A stretch of 63,459 nucleotides of DNA, counting the filler, from Octopus bimaculoides (taxonomy: Eukaryota), in NCBI RefSeq assembly GCF_001194135.2. It is 4 parts of 3 records of this genome, joined end to end, with 100 filler letters (N's around TTAATTAATTAA, not from the genome) between each part and the next. Parts side by side here need not be neighbours in the genome. Positions count along the whole stretch, not along the records: positions 20,728 to 38,834 come from NC_068983.1; positions 38,935 to 62,172 come from NC_068993.1; 2 more parts are not named here. One strand, written 5' to 3'. Below are positions 36,181 to 48,708 of the stretch, piece after piece. The translations under genes and the position numbers were made by a program. Positions within the stretch are counted from its first letter, which is position 1. Every line of letters begins with the position of its first letter. The notes below the pieces were generated by a model, which saw only the letters and a list, made by a program, of their open reading frames with translations, was not told the origin of the DNA and searched no databases.

Positions 36181-36731
36181 AGATGTGGCAGAGAGGACGG
36201 ACGTTTTTGAAAAATGCACAAATCATTGATTTTAGATGCAAACAAATTTTATTGATATCAATGTGTTTGTATTGAATTAGTATTTGTCAAAATCAAGTGT
36301 GGAAAACAGTATCCATCATGTAGCGTCCGTTTTCATTGATGCATTTCTGAAGGCGTTCTTGGAAGTTGGCCTCCGCTCTCTCCAGCATTGCTCTGTGTAT
36401 AGTCCCATGGTTTAAACTGTTGCCCAATAACTAATTTGTATAGGTGGAAATTCAGGTTTTCATACAAAATAAGCTTTACCGATCGATTACCGATGCCAAA
36501 TTCAGTGGAATGCCTCCGAGCAGAGCGATTCGGACTTCGTATCAAAGCTTGTCTGATGTGTTAACTGTTGTAGGCAAACACACGGTGTTCTATTGCTCAC
36601 AGCGCCATGGTTTCACCTGAAAAGAAATGCTAAGACACCACGGACCGAATGGTACCTGTCAGACATATGTCCCTTCCCCTGGAGCTGAGTAATAGCCATT
36701 TAAAAACATCCGTCCTCTCTGCCCCACCCTG
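36181..36731 (-). mobile_element. Internally deleted Tc1/mariner element with TIRs
   Basis: GTGGCAGAGAGGACGGACGTTTTT at left matches the reverse complement of AAAAACATCCGTCCTCTCTGCCCCAC at right. Minus strand gives RSPNRSARRH...FHLYKL fused to ERLQKCINENGRYMMDTVFHT*. Confidence 0.8.
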
Positions 36732-36732
36732 A

Positions 36733-36771
<39 letters not shown>

Positions 36772-37427
36772 AAATAAATTCAAAAAAGGATAAAACTCTT
36801 TTACAAGAATTTTATCAAGAAGCCAGTGTGTAAAAGAATTCATGAGGGAAATTTCTATTCCCAAGAATATAATTATTCGTTTGCCCTTTATATATTATAT
36901 ATATATATATATATTATATGCATACACACACATATATGTACTGTGTGTGTGGGTGTGATCAAGAGGGGGAGTTTGCCAATATTTTAGCAAACAAAACAAA
37001 ATACTTTTATATTCTAATAAATAAAACTCCGTTTCTCGGAGTAAATTCATTGCGTATATTACTTAACTCTTTGGACTTTGGTCCACAAACGTGACCTTTA
37101 CTACCTATGCTATATCCACCCTACTCCTGGCTTCTTATTCACCTTTATTCCTACTCCTTCCTTTCTAGAACGTCAAACCTCTTGCAATTGGCTCCTTCTT
37201 CATATCTTTCCGGCTGGTTCGGCTTGCGACAGCTTAAAGAGGAACAGTTAACAATATCAATCTCAACTGGTCTTGTCATACTCACGAGGTAAACAAAGGG
37301 TTCACTTAATTGTCAGTCACAGTGAACAAGTATTGAAGTGTTAGTAGTTTAGCTTCAATTCAGCTTCAATAAATAAATAAAAAAACCTATGCTCAAAGCC
37401 TTCCTGCTTTGACCATTGCATTGTGAA

Positions 37428-38010
37428 AGCATGTGGCTTTGTGGTTAGGACAGTGGTTCTCAACCGGGATACATATGGTCCCTGAGAATCCATATAAAAT
37501 TTCTGGGGATCCACACAACAAAATAATAAATTCAGGATCAACAATAGCATTTTAAGGACCCGCGAAAGAATTTTGCTGTAGATGTATTGCAAGAAACAGG
37601 TTTCTTTCTCTACCATTTTACATAGTTCGACCTACACAAGTTAATGCGTGAAAAACAATGTAGGAATTTTGAAAGAAGTTTCTATAAAACTGTTTTTAAA
37701 CATCGAATGGCTATGGGGGTTCACCGAAAAATAAAATAGTAACCAAAGGGGTCAATAGGTAAAAAAAATGGTTGAAAACTCCTGGGTTAGGGTATTGGTC
37801 TCAAGATTGTGGTTTCGATTTCTGGACCGGGCCACGCATCCAGGAATCGAGGGATTTAAAACACTTCATTTCACGTTGCTCCAGTCCACTCAGCTGGAAA
37901 AATGAGTAATCCTGCGATAGACCGGTGTTCCTTCCAGAGAGGAATATAATACGCTACAGAAACCGGCTCTATGAGTATGTATGACTCGAGAAGGAAGAAG
38001 GACCGTTATC
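37428..38010 (+). mobile_element. SINE family 3 (V-domain-like) split by a hAT MITE
   Basis: Head GCATGTGGCTTTGTGGTTAGG resumes at 37785 with B-box GGTTTCGATTTC. V-domain-like GTAATCCTGCGATAGACCGGTGTTCCTTCCAG follows. Confidence 0.7.
37451..37784. mobile_element. hAT/Charlie-type MITE (334 bp) with an 8-bp TSD
   Basis: TIR CAGTGGTTCTCAACC and GGTTGAAAACTCCTG (12/15). TSD GGTTAGGA (37443-37450) and GGTTAGGG (37785-37792). Confidence 0.85.
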
Positions 38011-38834
38011 CTTGATACATTGTCTGAAAATACACTGATAAGGTGTAATTTGATGGGAATTTGGCTGCTATTTCGAGTGAGCATGTAGAGACTCCCTCAC
38101 CGGCTAATGTTATTTAACTGTAAGTAAGCTCTGGGAATAGCATTCAAAACAATGACCATTTTAGTTTTTTAAAATAACGTGCATCGTCTGCATTAACTAC
38201 GGGACATAATTCACATATTATATGTAAGAGTCATTGTTCTTTATAGAAGAATAATAATACGGACTAGCAGTAACTACGTATTACGGAAAATTTAGACATT
38301 ACAAAATTAAAAAAAAAAGAAGTTAATGCATATATATTTTAAATGACTATAAGAACAAAAATAAGATTTCATCTTTAAGATATTTTTTTTTTTATGAAAA
38401 ACCAAAGAGTGCAGCATGGTTTCGGCATAACTACAAATGTATACTCCACCCGACTTTGTTGTCTCATAACTTCCAGAATAATGGATACATTTTAACGAAA
38501 TTTTCAATAAATACCGCTCAGATGGTGTGGATTCAAAGTATATAGGGATTTATGGGAAAGAATTTTTTTGACTGGATGGTGAGGGGAGTTTCGAAAAATT
38601 CACACGATCCGACTTTTTTCCCTCATAACTTTCAGGAAAATGGATATCTTTTGATGAAATTTTGTACAAATACCTTTCAAACAGCATAGATTACGATTAT
38701 AATGAAATTTGTGGGGAAATTTTTTTCCGAGCGAGGGCGTGGAGAGGAGTTTCGGATCAGGAAGACCAAATAAGTTGGAACTACTTCGTTTTGATGGGGA
38801 GGTTTCCCATTTTTTTTATTTCACTACAGCCTTC

Positions 38835-38934
38835 NNNNNNNNNNNNNNNNNNNNNNNNNNNNNNNNNNNNNNNNNNNNTTAATTAATTAANNNNNNNNNN
38901 NNNNNNNNNNNNNNNNNNNNNNNNNNNNNNNNNN
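38835..38934. other. Artificial scaffold-joining spacer
   Basis: 44 N + TTAATTAATTAA (38879-38890) + 44 N. Confidence 0.95.
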
Positions 38935-39671
38935 ATATATATATATATATATATACATACAAGAATTGTAAAATAAATTAAATGTATATTTTGCGTACTT
39001 CCAGTAGTTTCTGTTGTAAACTTGGTACTGTGGATAGATATGCTTTTTATATCAAAAGTTAAGATTCATGATTCAAGGTATCAGCCGGGCGAAACTCACA
39101 GTGGACTGACAGCATTTGATATAATAAGCCCTCGTGCACACACACACACTCATAGATAGATAGATGCATCCAAATACTTCGTGTGACCTCTTTTTGTTAT
39201 ATATTATGTATAAATGCATGGATCGTTGTGAAAAATAATTTAAAGAAATGCTATTTTTAAGAATGCGTTTTCAACAGCTTCTTCCGAATTTCTACCGCCA
39301 CATTAAGCGCATGTTCGTCTCTCTGTGACGTGTGATTAGGTATTGTGTTTTGGAGTCGTATAATTGTCTTTCTACGCTACATCTCTTTTGCTTTATGGAA
39401 GGTTTTGTTTCACTGGCTCTAAGGTTAGTTTAATATTTCGATTGTTTGTTGCGTGGAGAGTTTGCAAATTTGATACAATTTGTTTTAACGTATATGATTT
39501 GTGACTTGTGAATATACAGTGTGTGAATGAGCTCTGCGAATTGTGTGGGATGTGTTTTGATGACAGGAAGCTACTGTGCATAATGTACTATATGTTAGTT
39601 ATTGGCAGTGTATGGGATTTGTTATCCTATCAGGTTTTTAATATGTAGGCGTAAACAAGGGCAGCGAAATG

Positions 39672-39870
39672 GCAGTCTTCAGAATGTCAGTGACAAAATA
39701 CTTCAGTGTATTCTTCGTGTTTTTTTTATGTTCTGAGTTCAAATCCAGCCGCAGACAACTTTCCCTTTCATTCTTTGGAGGTCAATGAAATAAAAACCAC
39801 TGGGTTTAGATGTGATAGACTAAGCCCTCTTCTCAAAACTGTATTCTATGTGTCTAAATTAGAAATAAGA
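39672..39870 (+). mobile_element. SINE family 2 decayed copy
   Basis: TTCTGAGTTCAAATCC...CCCTTTCATTCTTTGGAGGTCAATGAAATAA. Confidence 0.65.
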
Positions 39871-39979
39871 ATATATATGTTTATTAGATGCGTTATATAG
39901 TAACTATTATGGTTAATACGCAGTATTCCCCATTTAGCAAACCCGAACTGATAATCACGTATTATTGTACTTTATTGAA

Positions 39980-41330
39980 CTACACTGCCTAATGTGTCCT
40001 TCGTTTTTTAAGACTACGGCTACTGTCTCTACCAATGTGAATAGCTGCATAGAGGATTCCTCGCTGTTGTGTTTCGGGGTGGTGATAGTGTTAGCTAGAC
40101 TCATGTTTCGGTACATGTTTATATCACTTCTTACACGTTTTCAAGTCAAAGGGTCAATATATTGTCTTACGGACTTAGCTTCCGATTCCATCATGTTTGT
40201 GATTTAGACTCAAAGTATTCAATGACTGAACAACCAAAAATTAGTTTCATCACTTATTTCCATCTGCTGATTTCACATTCTGCTGTCCATGTTAATCTCT
40301 TACCAGTCTCATCGTTTTGATGTGGCTTTCATCTGATTTTAGCTCAGAGCTTTCCTGCAACATTTGGCTTTCGTGCGGTCTTATTTATTGTTGCCATATC
40401 TTGCAGGACATTGAACATGGCATGGTTTTTTTCTTTCATTTGGAACTGTATTGTGATTTTAACATTTTCCCCCTTTTCATATAAATATTTTTCTTCGCAA
40501 TAAGCCTTTAATTTGTACTTTATTTTTCACTAATATAAAGAAAAACGTTCTTTTTTCCTCTTACTACACAGATCAGTTATTTTAATGCTACTGTTGTTAC
40601 TTTACAGTAGTCCTCTATTTGCATCAAGTACCGTAATCATTATGTATAGGATAGATAAATAACATTTATCGCAGTTCTGATTGATGTTTCAGAAAGTTGT
40701 TAGTGAGTTCCTAGGTCTTTTAACCTTTCTCTATAAGGTCTTAACTTCCAGTTAATTACGTTCATGCTGGATTAACTATTGTGTTTATGCCTTTGTCTTA
40801 TTTATGGCAGTGAGTTCAGTCTTTCACTTCTGCAATATGATTTCCTAATTATCTCCTTCATTTCTATGTGTTGTATAAGTATTTCTATAGACGATTCTGG
40901 TTAAATTCTCTGGTACCAGTCACTTTCTCTAATTTAAAGCTTTCGGTTTTAGTTAATTTTCCTCTTGTTTATCGTAAATTTTTATTGATATGGTCTGAAA
41001 TATTTGGTTGTTCCATGGCCTGCACTGATTCTCTGGTAAAATCGGAGCAATTAATGTTTCTCTTGAACAATTTAAAGGTGGAATAGGAACGCCTTTGGTA
41101 TCAGCTCGGCATGATTTAGAATTGATCCATAACAACAACGACACACAGAGGTAAGAGGAAGTCCGTAGATTGACAAGTATACAGACAAGTATGCAGACGA
41201 GCAATTTCTCTATTCATAAGGGTAATTCTTTTAATATGTAGTCGAAATAATCCATAGATAAACAGCAATGGATGTTTGACGAGTTAGATATCAATGGTAA
41301 CTGCCTCGTCTTCAAGTATTATTAGTTGTT
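39980..41330 (-). mobile_element. Possible very decayed Penelope-like element (N-terminal/RT region)
   Basis: Coding-like minus-strand fragments (e.g. NHAELIPKAF) resemble PLE N-termini. No clean catalytic motif was recovered. Confidence 0.3.
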
Positions 41331-42854
41331 CACCTCTGGATGTGTCACCTTCCATCTTTGACACTTTTTGTTTTCCATTTTCCTGCCTAGCTTCCCTCCT
41401 TTCTCGCTGACTAGACCGTCTCTAATATGTTTATTAAGACGATCACATTTAACCATTTACTTATGTTTTTTTTGTTTTTTTTTTCTGGTCGTTAACAATG
41501 TTTCAAAATATCTTAACAGCACGCAGTACAGATTTTGCTTTTTACTTAAAGCTAAGTATAAAGAGGTTGATGTTCATAACATAGGTTCCATCTGTTTGCA
41601 CCTTTGTATTATATATATNNNNNNNNNNNNNNNNNNNNNNNNNNNNNNNNNNNNNNNNNNNNNNNNNNNNNNNNNNNNNNNNNNNNNNNNNNNNNNNNNN
41701 NNNNNNNNNNNNNNNNNNTATACATATACATACATACATATATACAGATATACATGCACACATACATACATACATACATATTCATGCATGTACGTATATA
41801 TTGTGGAGAGAAAGATAGAGTAATACATAAATAGATGTGCACATATGCAAATAGGTAAATTCAAATCTGCCGGGATAATCGTATATAGAGAATGCGCAAG
41901 AATAATTACAGAACTCCATACACACCATAGACGCCCCCCCCCACCGCAAACACAGATAAATGTGTATAAATAGTGATGGAACACAGCTCTAAATTAGAAT
42001 TGTCTGCCTCAGACCCGTAGAAAGAGCAATCATGGTCGTAGTAACAGTAATCATGGTGATAACGTACAGCTGATGTGCGTGTGATGGACACACAACAATA
42101 AGGAGTAAGCGAGGATGAAATGATATGTGTAACGTAGCATGGGCCGTTTAGAATACGACGCACCTCACCTATGTCGTATCTCACCCTCCACACAAAGCAG
42201 TAAACGCAGTAATGCGCACAAAACTTTGTGGCATGACCATGGACACACCGGCGAATAGGGCAGGAATGCAAATCTACGATCGACATAGATGGGTGTGGGT
42301 TGTGACGACATTGGCATCGTCATCCTAAACGCAATGGACACATTTCCAATAGCGCATAATGAGCATAACTATCATCTATGAATAATTTGCAATGCTACAT
42401 TTATAACAACAAGCAATAAAACAATACCTGGGCACGGATGAGATTTCAAATATCCCTAATCAATATACGTAACGCAAATAGTACCACATTGTAGTACTTA
42501 TTCACATAGGATATATCACCAAAAAAGGAAGTAATTCTAAGATGATTGTATATTACAAACGATTGCAGATCAAAAATTACATTTGCTTGAGGAATACGGT
42601 TTCTCTTTGAGCTCACTGTCTCCTTTATAACGACTAAAGAGCACTAACCCTTTCTACAATGTCAAGTATTTTTATAGTAAAATATTCCAGAAACGCTACT
42701 TTGTTTAGGGTGCGTGAAGCCGTCAATATACAATGACTTATTTTCTGCGTTACTTTTAAAGATATTCGGATGCCCTCGACTACGATAACAGCGCTCGGCT
42801 TTAACACGTTGTTCGAACGAATTCATTTGAACGTATTTCTTTGAATTTTGATGA

Positions 42855-43690
42855 CCTTTTGATGTCAACTCGGGATTTGCGGTTGCTTTCGGACAATTAA
42901 TGAGGCAAACATTTTCCAAGTTTAGGAACCTTTCCAAGTCGTTGAAGATGAACACTTGTATGGTTTGAACTAAGCTTTATTGGCAATTCTTCCACTGATA
43001 ATGCAGGATTTTCTTCAAGTAATGCCTCAAGGAGCTTATCATAGCAGCGCTCGGCTTTAACACGTTGTTCGAACGAATTCATTTGAACATATTTCTTTGA
43101 ATTTTGATGACCTTTTGATGTCAACTCGGGATTTGCGGTTGCTTTCGGACAATTAATGAGGCAAACATTTTCCAAGTTTAGGAACCTTTCCAAGTCCTTG
43201 AAGATGAACAGTTGTATGGTTTGAACTAAGCTTTATTGCCAATTCTTCAACTGATAATGCAGGATTTTCTTCAAGTAATGCCTCAAGGAGCTTATCATCA
43301 ACTCAACTCAACGTCCTGTTCGATCTTCATCTTCAAGGCTGATATCTCCATTTTTGAATTTTGCAAACCATCTTCTGCAAGTTCTTTCATTCAAGCATTC
43401 TTTCCCATAAGCTGAGTGTATGTTTCGAGTCGCTTCGGCTGCAGAGTTTCCTTTTTAGTACTCATAAAGTATTATGTGCCTTAAATGCTCTTTGGATATT
43501 TCCATGTTAGAAAGGGTTTTAATCAAAGAAATTTTAATTCTATTATTCTGTAAAATAAGATTTAATTAGTTTAAATGTACACAAATACATAAAAACAATT
43601 CTTAATTCCATTAGACATTCTAAAATGCTATTAAATTTCATCCAATTTAAAAAAAAGATAAAATCGGACAGAACTTATGGCATGACCTGA
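42855..43690 (-). mobile_element. Mariner 5' half (TIR + HTH region) with a 256-bp tandem duplication at its truncation point
   Basis: TIR rc TATCAGGTCATGCCATAAGTTCTGTCCG at ~43665-43692. ATG at 43505 gives MEISKEHLRHIILYE...CRRWFAKFKNGDISLEDEDRTGR and GKVPKLGKCLPH. Confidence 0.85.
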
Positions 43691-43744
43691 TATCAATCAT
43701 CTCCCGGCCTGTCTGTATATTTATATGTATAATTTAATTTCATA

Positions 43745-46110
43745 CAGGGAAAGAGCTTCCAATAGTGAGAGACATTTTAAGACTTGGGTTACCACGTCGG
43801 GAACAAAATTCCAAAGACAGAATGAACTATACAGATAAGGAACTCATACATGATATAATACCCAATCTTCTGCGGCAGTGGACAAAAACTAATGCACAAT
43901 TCAAACCGTCAGAGATCATACATTGTCGAACAGTTAAGCTGCTAAAACTAATGGGATTGTGGTGGAAAGCAGTACACGCATCACTTGGTAAAGAAAACTT
44001 GGCAATGAAAAATGCTTTTCTACACTCACTCTATACACTGTTCGATATTTTGAGCTGCATGTGTTCCATAGTTCTGTGTTCAAAAGAAGATTGTTCTCCC
44101 ACTGGTAAGAGAGGAAATCATTCCCACATTGTCTATTGTTGTCCTCGTGAAAAGAAGATACCATTTCGAGAGCTAGATTTCATAAGCTCACAGAGGACAA
44201 AGGCAGGAAACTAAGGCATTATGCAAATGGGCTCAACTGATTATAAAGAAAGTAAGAGACAGATTTCTACTGAACGATCGAAAGGTCTTGTCAGAGAGAA
44301 GGAAGAAAAGAAGAGAATGAAGTCCCTATCTCTCTCCTCTTTATCTCACTCGTGCTAAACCCGCGCACGTCCCTAGCCCTAGTACTAGGGTGAGATTTGG
44401 TGCTAACCTTCTCCCACTCCCTTGTCTTTTTCTTGCTACCTTTTTAGGAATATGAATTTTCTAGGAGAGGATTCCTGGTCCCCTCGCTTCTGCTTCTTTT
44501 ATTCGCCTCTTACGCAACGCAGGGAATACGGAGACTGCATTCTACCACCCCACTTCAGTCACAGGTGGGTTTGCTAGTTAACCCATAGCTGGGACCCTTA
44601 CAGGTACTACCACTCCGGGCCAGAGTAGACCTGGGGAATGATAGTGGCTAAGAGGTGGTTCCACACACCTCAAATCCTGTAACCAGGGCCCCAGGGTCCC
44701 ACTACCGGATTTAGTTTGTAGTCATACTCAGGACATAATCCTTGGTTACAGATCATAATAAACTTAGAAGACCGCAAGAAAAAGTAATGAGTGAGAGATG
44801 GAAGAATAGATGAAACCAAAACGTTATGTTTGAAGAAGATGGAGAATTTCCATAAAATTTCCAGGTCTAATCAAAGAAGAGCTCTACACTGTCTGCTCCG
44901 AGTCTGGTGGTCATTTTTCGTTTTATTTTACACCTAAAAGTTGAAGTGAAAGGGAAAAAACAAGCAGAGGTAATTGATGATAATATTTTATGCTGACTTC
45001 AAGAGAGAGAGGGCTTGAAAATTCAACGCAAGCTAATGGTGGGGATTAAACAACAGTGAACATTGGCTAGAAGGGAGGTGTAATGAGTTACTTAGAGAAA
45101 AAAAAACTTGAAAGAAGACTGATTTGGATTGTGTGTGATTCGCATACGGGTGAGCTACCTCTTGGTCACCTCATCCATGTGGTCAGATCCGTTTGGTAAC
45201 ATGTTGGGTTAAGCAACACAACTAGAAATAATGCAAATTTTCCAAAGATTAAAGTAGGCTTTTCCATTCCAGTGTTGCTAGAAAAAATTGTCAAAGACCT
45301 CAGCACTGATCTGTCTCATGCTTATCACATTGCTCAAGCAATAAGATCAGGTGAAGTACCTCAGTCATTGGCTCTCCTGGAGATTGGACAGCTTCTGCAG
45401 GATTTGGATTTCCAGACACCAATTGAATGAAAAGAGGCTCTGAAGAATTTGAAATTAATTGTTGAATTTATTAGTTGGTGTCTAATTGGTATAATATCAA
45501 GTTCAATCCAAAATGCGTCGATGGTACCAATCACCTTGTGTTTCAATTGCAGCTTGTAAGAATACAAAATAAGTTGGTGAAGGATATCGTGTTACCTGTG
45601 GTGAGGATGTCCGCACAGTATGCTCGATCAGAAGCGATGTTGCAAGTAATGCTTTCCAGCCAATGTTCAAATCTGCGTACTGAGACTATAGAAACCATTC
45701 TACGAATTAGATGTACCCCATTAGAAGATGACCAGTTGGGATATCGCTCATTTAGTCAAAGAAGAGTTCAGTTCTATATTTAAGACATGAGGAAATATGT
45801 ACATTAGCAACAAACAAGATGAGGACAAATATCCATCAAATATAAATAATGTAAACAATGTAAATAATGAACATTTGCCCAATTAAATGTCAATGCCACC
45901 AAGCTGTCTGATTTGTTTGAGTGCTGAGGCCTATGCACCACCTTTGACAACATCCTTAACTAGTAAGAATCTCAATAGCTTTAAAGACACACCAATGATA
46001 TTACGAAAATGGTCATCACACACACAAAGTGTTCAGAGGTGTGTTAAAATGGTCAGTGAAGCTGCGAGTCATGTTTACAGTCACAAGAAGCCAGAGGGTT
46101 ACACACCCTG
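43745..46110 (+). mobile_element. Decayed Spy-like (PHIS superfamily) transposase gene, interrupted by a SINE-like insertion (~44330-44750)
   Basis: LFDILSCMC...HIVYCCPREKKIPFRELDFISSQR, EEL-YTVCSESGG, LERRLIWIVCD-HTGELPL-HL, DLSTD and PPLT...HTQSVQRCVKMVSEAASHV match Spy-type transposase motifs as I recall them. Confidence 0.7.
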
Positions 46111-47330
46111 ATATGTAGCTTTTAATCATTTTATGTGTGTGTAAAATTTCCTTTAGTTTGAGGTCCATTGGTAGATTTTCGGTGATGATGGTGAAGGCTT
46201 CTTTGTTTCTGGAGTTGTAAGTGGTTATGTACGGCAATATTTTCGTGTAGAGTGTGTCGCTGTGTTGTACTTTTCTTAAGGTTTTGATGTCGATTTGTGT
46301 TGCACGTCTGATTCTATCCTCTATGAGTTGGTCTGGGTAGTGTCTGTCAATGAGGGTGCTTTTGAGTTCTTGCAGTCTAAAGTCTCTGGGTTTTTTTCTG
46401 ACGCTATGGTGCATATCCTTCTTGTAAGGTTGAAGGGGATGTTTGTTTTGGTGTGTCTTGGGTGGCAGGAATTAAATAGTAGCTATTGTTTGGGGTCTGT
46501 GGTTTTGCAAAATACGTCCGCTTCTATTTTTAGGTTTATTTTTTAACTAATATATCCAAGAATGGGAGCTTCTCTTGGTTGTATTCCATCGTGAATTGTT
46601 GGCGCTGCTCAATAACCTTTTGAATTCCAGGAATTTGTGTTTTCATTCCAGAGGATGAAACAATCGTCCAGTAATCTTTTCCAATTCTCTTTTATGTATT
46701 AGGAAAGAGGGTTTCCAAAGGTAGATAAACATTCCTGGTATATTCTTATTTCCAGATATCCCATTGTTAGGTTCACAGTGACCGGGGCTGCCCTAGTACC
46801 CATGGCAATTCCGGATTTATGTCGATAAAAAGTGTTATCAAACATGAAATGATTGTTTTGTAGGATGAATTGAATTGATTCAATTATGAACTTTTTGCTA
46901 ATCCTTTCCGGTATTTGTTCTGGATATTGGTCCAGCCAGAACTGAATTGCCTCTAGTCCATAATCATGAGGTATACTGGTATATATATATTTTTACCATA
47001 TAGTACAAATCTTGCGTAATTTTTTCATTCTATTTTGTTTTTTTAACCACCAACCACGTGCTTTCACATACCAGCACTCTCACCCTATAAATAAATAAAT
47101 AAATAAATTCTTTTAATACTGAGTGCTCTATTGATATATGCCAGAACTTTTTAACCCCATTTTTCAATTATATATATAGACGCAGAAGGTTGAAAAGGAA
47201 CACACGAGTTGATATGTACAAGGAAAACAAGACAAGGTAGAAAATGCTAACATAATTTATCATGAAGAATATTTTAGTACCGGTTTCAGTCTTCGCGACT
47301 TTTTCAACTTGGAGTAAAGCATGAAAAACA
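46110..47330 (-). mobile_element. Penelope-like element remnant (RT plus linker, with upstream pLTR-like segment)
   Basis: GIAMGTRAAPVTVNLTMGYLE, WKRLLDDCFILW, KLPFLDILV, HPRHTKTNIPFNL and RLQELKSTLIDRHYP...LPYITTYN. Terminal motif GTTTCAGTCTTCGCGACTTTTTCAA at 47283. Confidence 0.85.
47275..47310 (-). ncRNA. Candidate minimal type I hammerhead ribozyme (U3-A8 variant) in the Penelope pLTR
   Basis: Minus strand reads AAG UUGAAAA AGUC-GCGAA-GACU GAAA CCGG UA CUA. Helix II is intact, loop III is palindromic and the cleavage triplet is GUA, but helix I is only 2 bp. Confidence 0.4.
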
Positions 47331-48634
47331 ATTAAATTGTGGAAAAATTAAATGAAATGTTTTTAAAAAATATTTCCATAGTTTTCAAATGCAAGGGACT
47401 TTTTCCTTTTTTCTGTCTGTTTCTGTCTCTCTTTCTTACTCTTGTGAGTTGTAGGTAGTGGGCAGCAGGTAGAAGTAGTTTGATATGAATTCTTGTCTTC
47501 GATTGTTTAAGCAGGAGCAGTAGTTGAGAAAGGAGGCGGCGGCGAAGAAGAAGACGAAAATGCGGGAGTGGCATGACAGTAGTAGGATGTTGGTGGAATC
47601 CTCTTAAATGGCCAATCACTACTATTACAATCACAANNNNNNNNNNNNNNNNNNNNNNNNNNNNNNNNNNNNNNNNNNNNNNNNNNNNNNNNNNNNNNNN
47701 NNNNNNNNNNNNNNNNNNNNNNNNNNNNNNNNNNNNNNNNNNNNNNNNNNNNNNNNNNNNNNNNNNNNNNNNNNNNNNNNNNNNNNNNNNNNNNNNNNNN
47801 NNNNNNNNNNNNNNNNNNNNNNNNNNNNNNNNNNNNNNNNNNNNNNNNNNNNNNNNNNNNNNNNNNNNNNNNNNNNNNNNNNNNNNNNNNNNNNNNNNNN
47901 NNNNNNNNNNNNNNNNNNNNNNNNNNNNNNNNNNNNNNNNNNNNNNNNNNNNNNNNNNNNNNNNNNNNNNNNNNNNNNNNNNNNNNNNNNNNNNNNNNNN
48001 NNNNNNNNNNNNNNNNNNNNNNNNNNNNNNNNNNNNNNNNNNNNNNNNNNNNNNNNNNNNNNNNNNNNNNNNNNNNNNNNNNNNNNNNNNNNNNNNNNNN
48101 NNNNNNNNNNNNNNNNNNNNNNNNNNNNNNNNNNNNNNNNNNNNNNNNNNNNNNNNNNNNNNNNNNNNNNNNNNNNNNNNNNNNNNNNNNNNNNNNNNNN
48201 NNNNNNNNNNNNNNNNNNNNNNNNNNNNNNNNNNNNNNNNNNNNNNNNNNNNNNNNNNNNNNNNNNNNNNNNNNNNNNNNNNNNNNNNNNNNNNNNNNNN
48301 NNNNNNNNNNNNNNNNNNNNNNNNNNNNNNNNNNNNNNNNNNNNNNNNNNNNNNNNNNNNNNNNNNNNNNNNNNNNNNNNNNNNNNNNNNNNNNNNNNNN
48401 NNNNNNNNNNNNNNNNNNNNNNNNNNNNNNNNNNNATGTTTCTGTTTCTGCTAAAGTGCAAATTGTTGATTTGTCTGTTGTCACCTAAAACTCAACTTAA
48501 TTCTCCAGAATGAGGTAAATCATTATCAGCATCAATGCCTTTCGTTTAAATTGTCCACTTTAGCTGATATTATTAAAGAAAATTTTGTCTTTATTCAAGA
48601 AGCTGAATCAGCCATTTTTGATTGATTAATGTTG

Positions 48635-48636
<2 letters not shown>

Positions 48637-48707
<71 letters not shown>
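48637..48707. repeat. (ATT)n microsatellite, representative of the very abundant (AC)n, (AT)n, (AG)n, (ATCT)n, (ATGT)n, (AAG)n and (AAT)n tracts
   Basis: Directly visible. Most N gaps abut such tracts. Confidence 0.95.
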
Positions 48708-48708
<1 letters not shown>

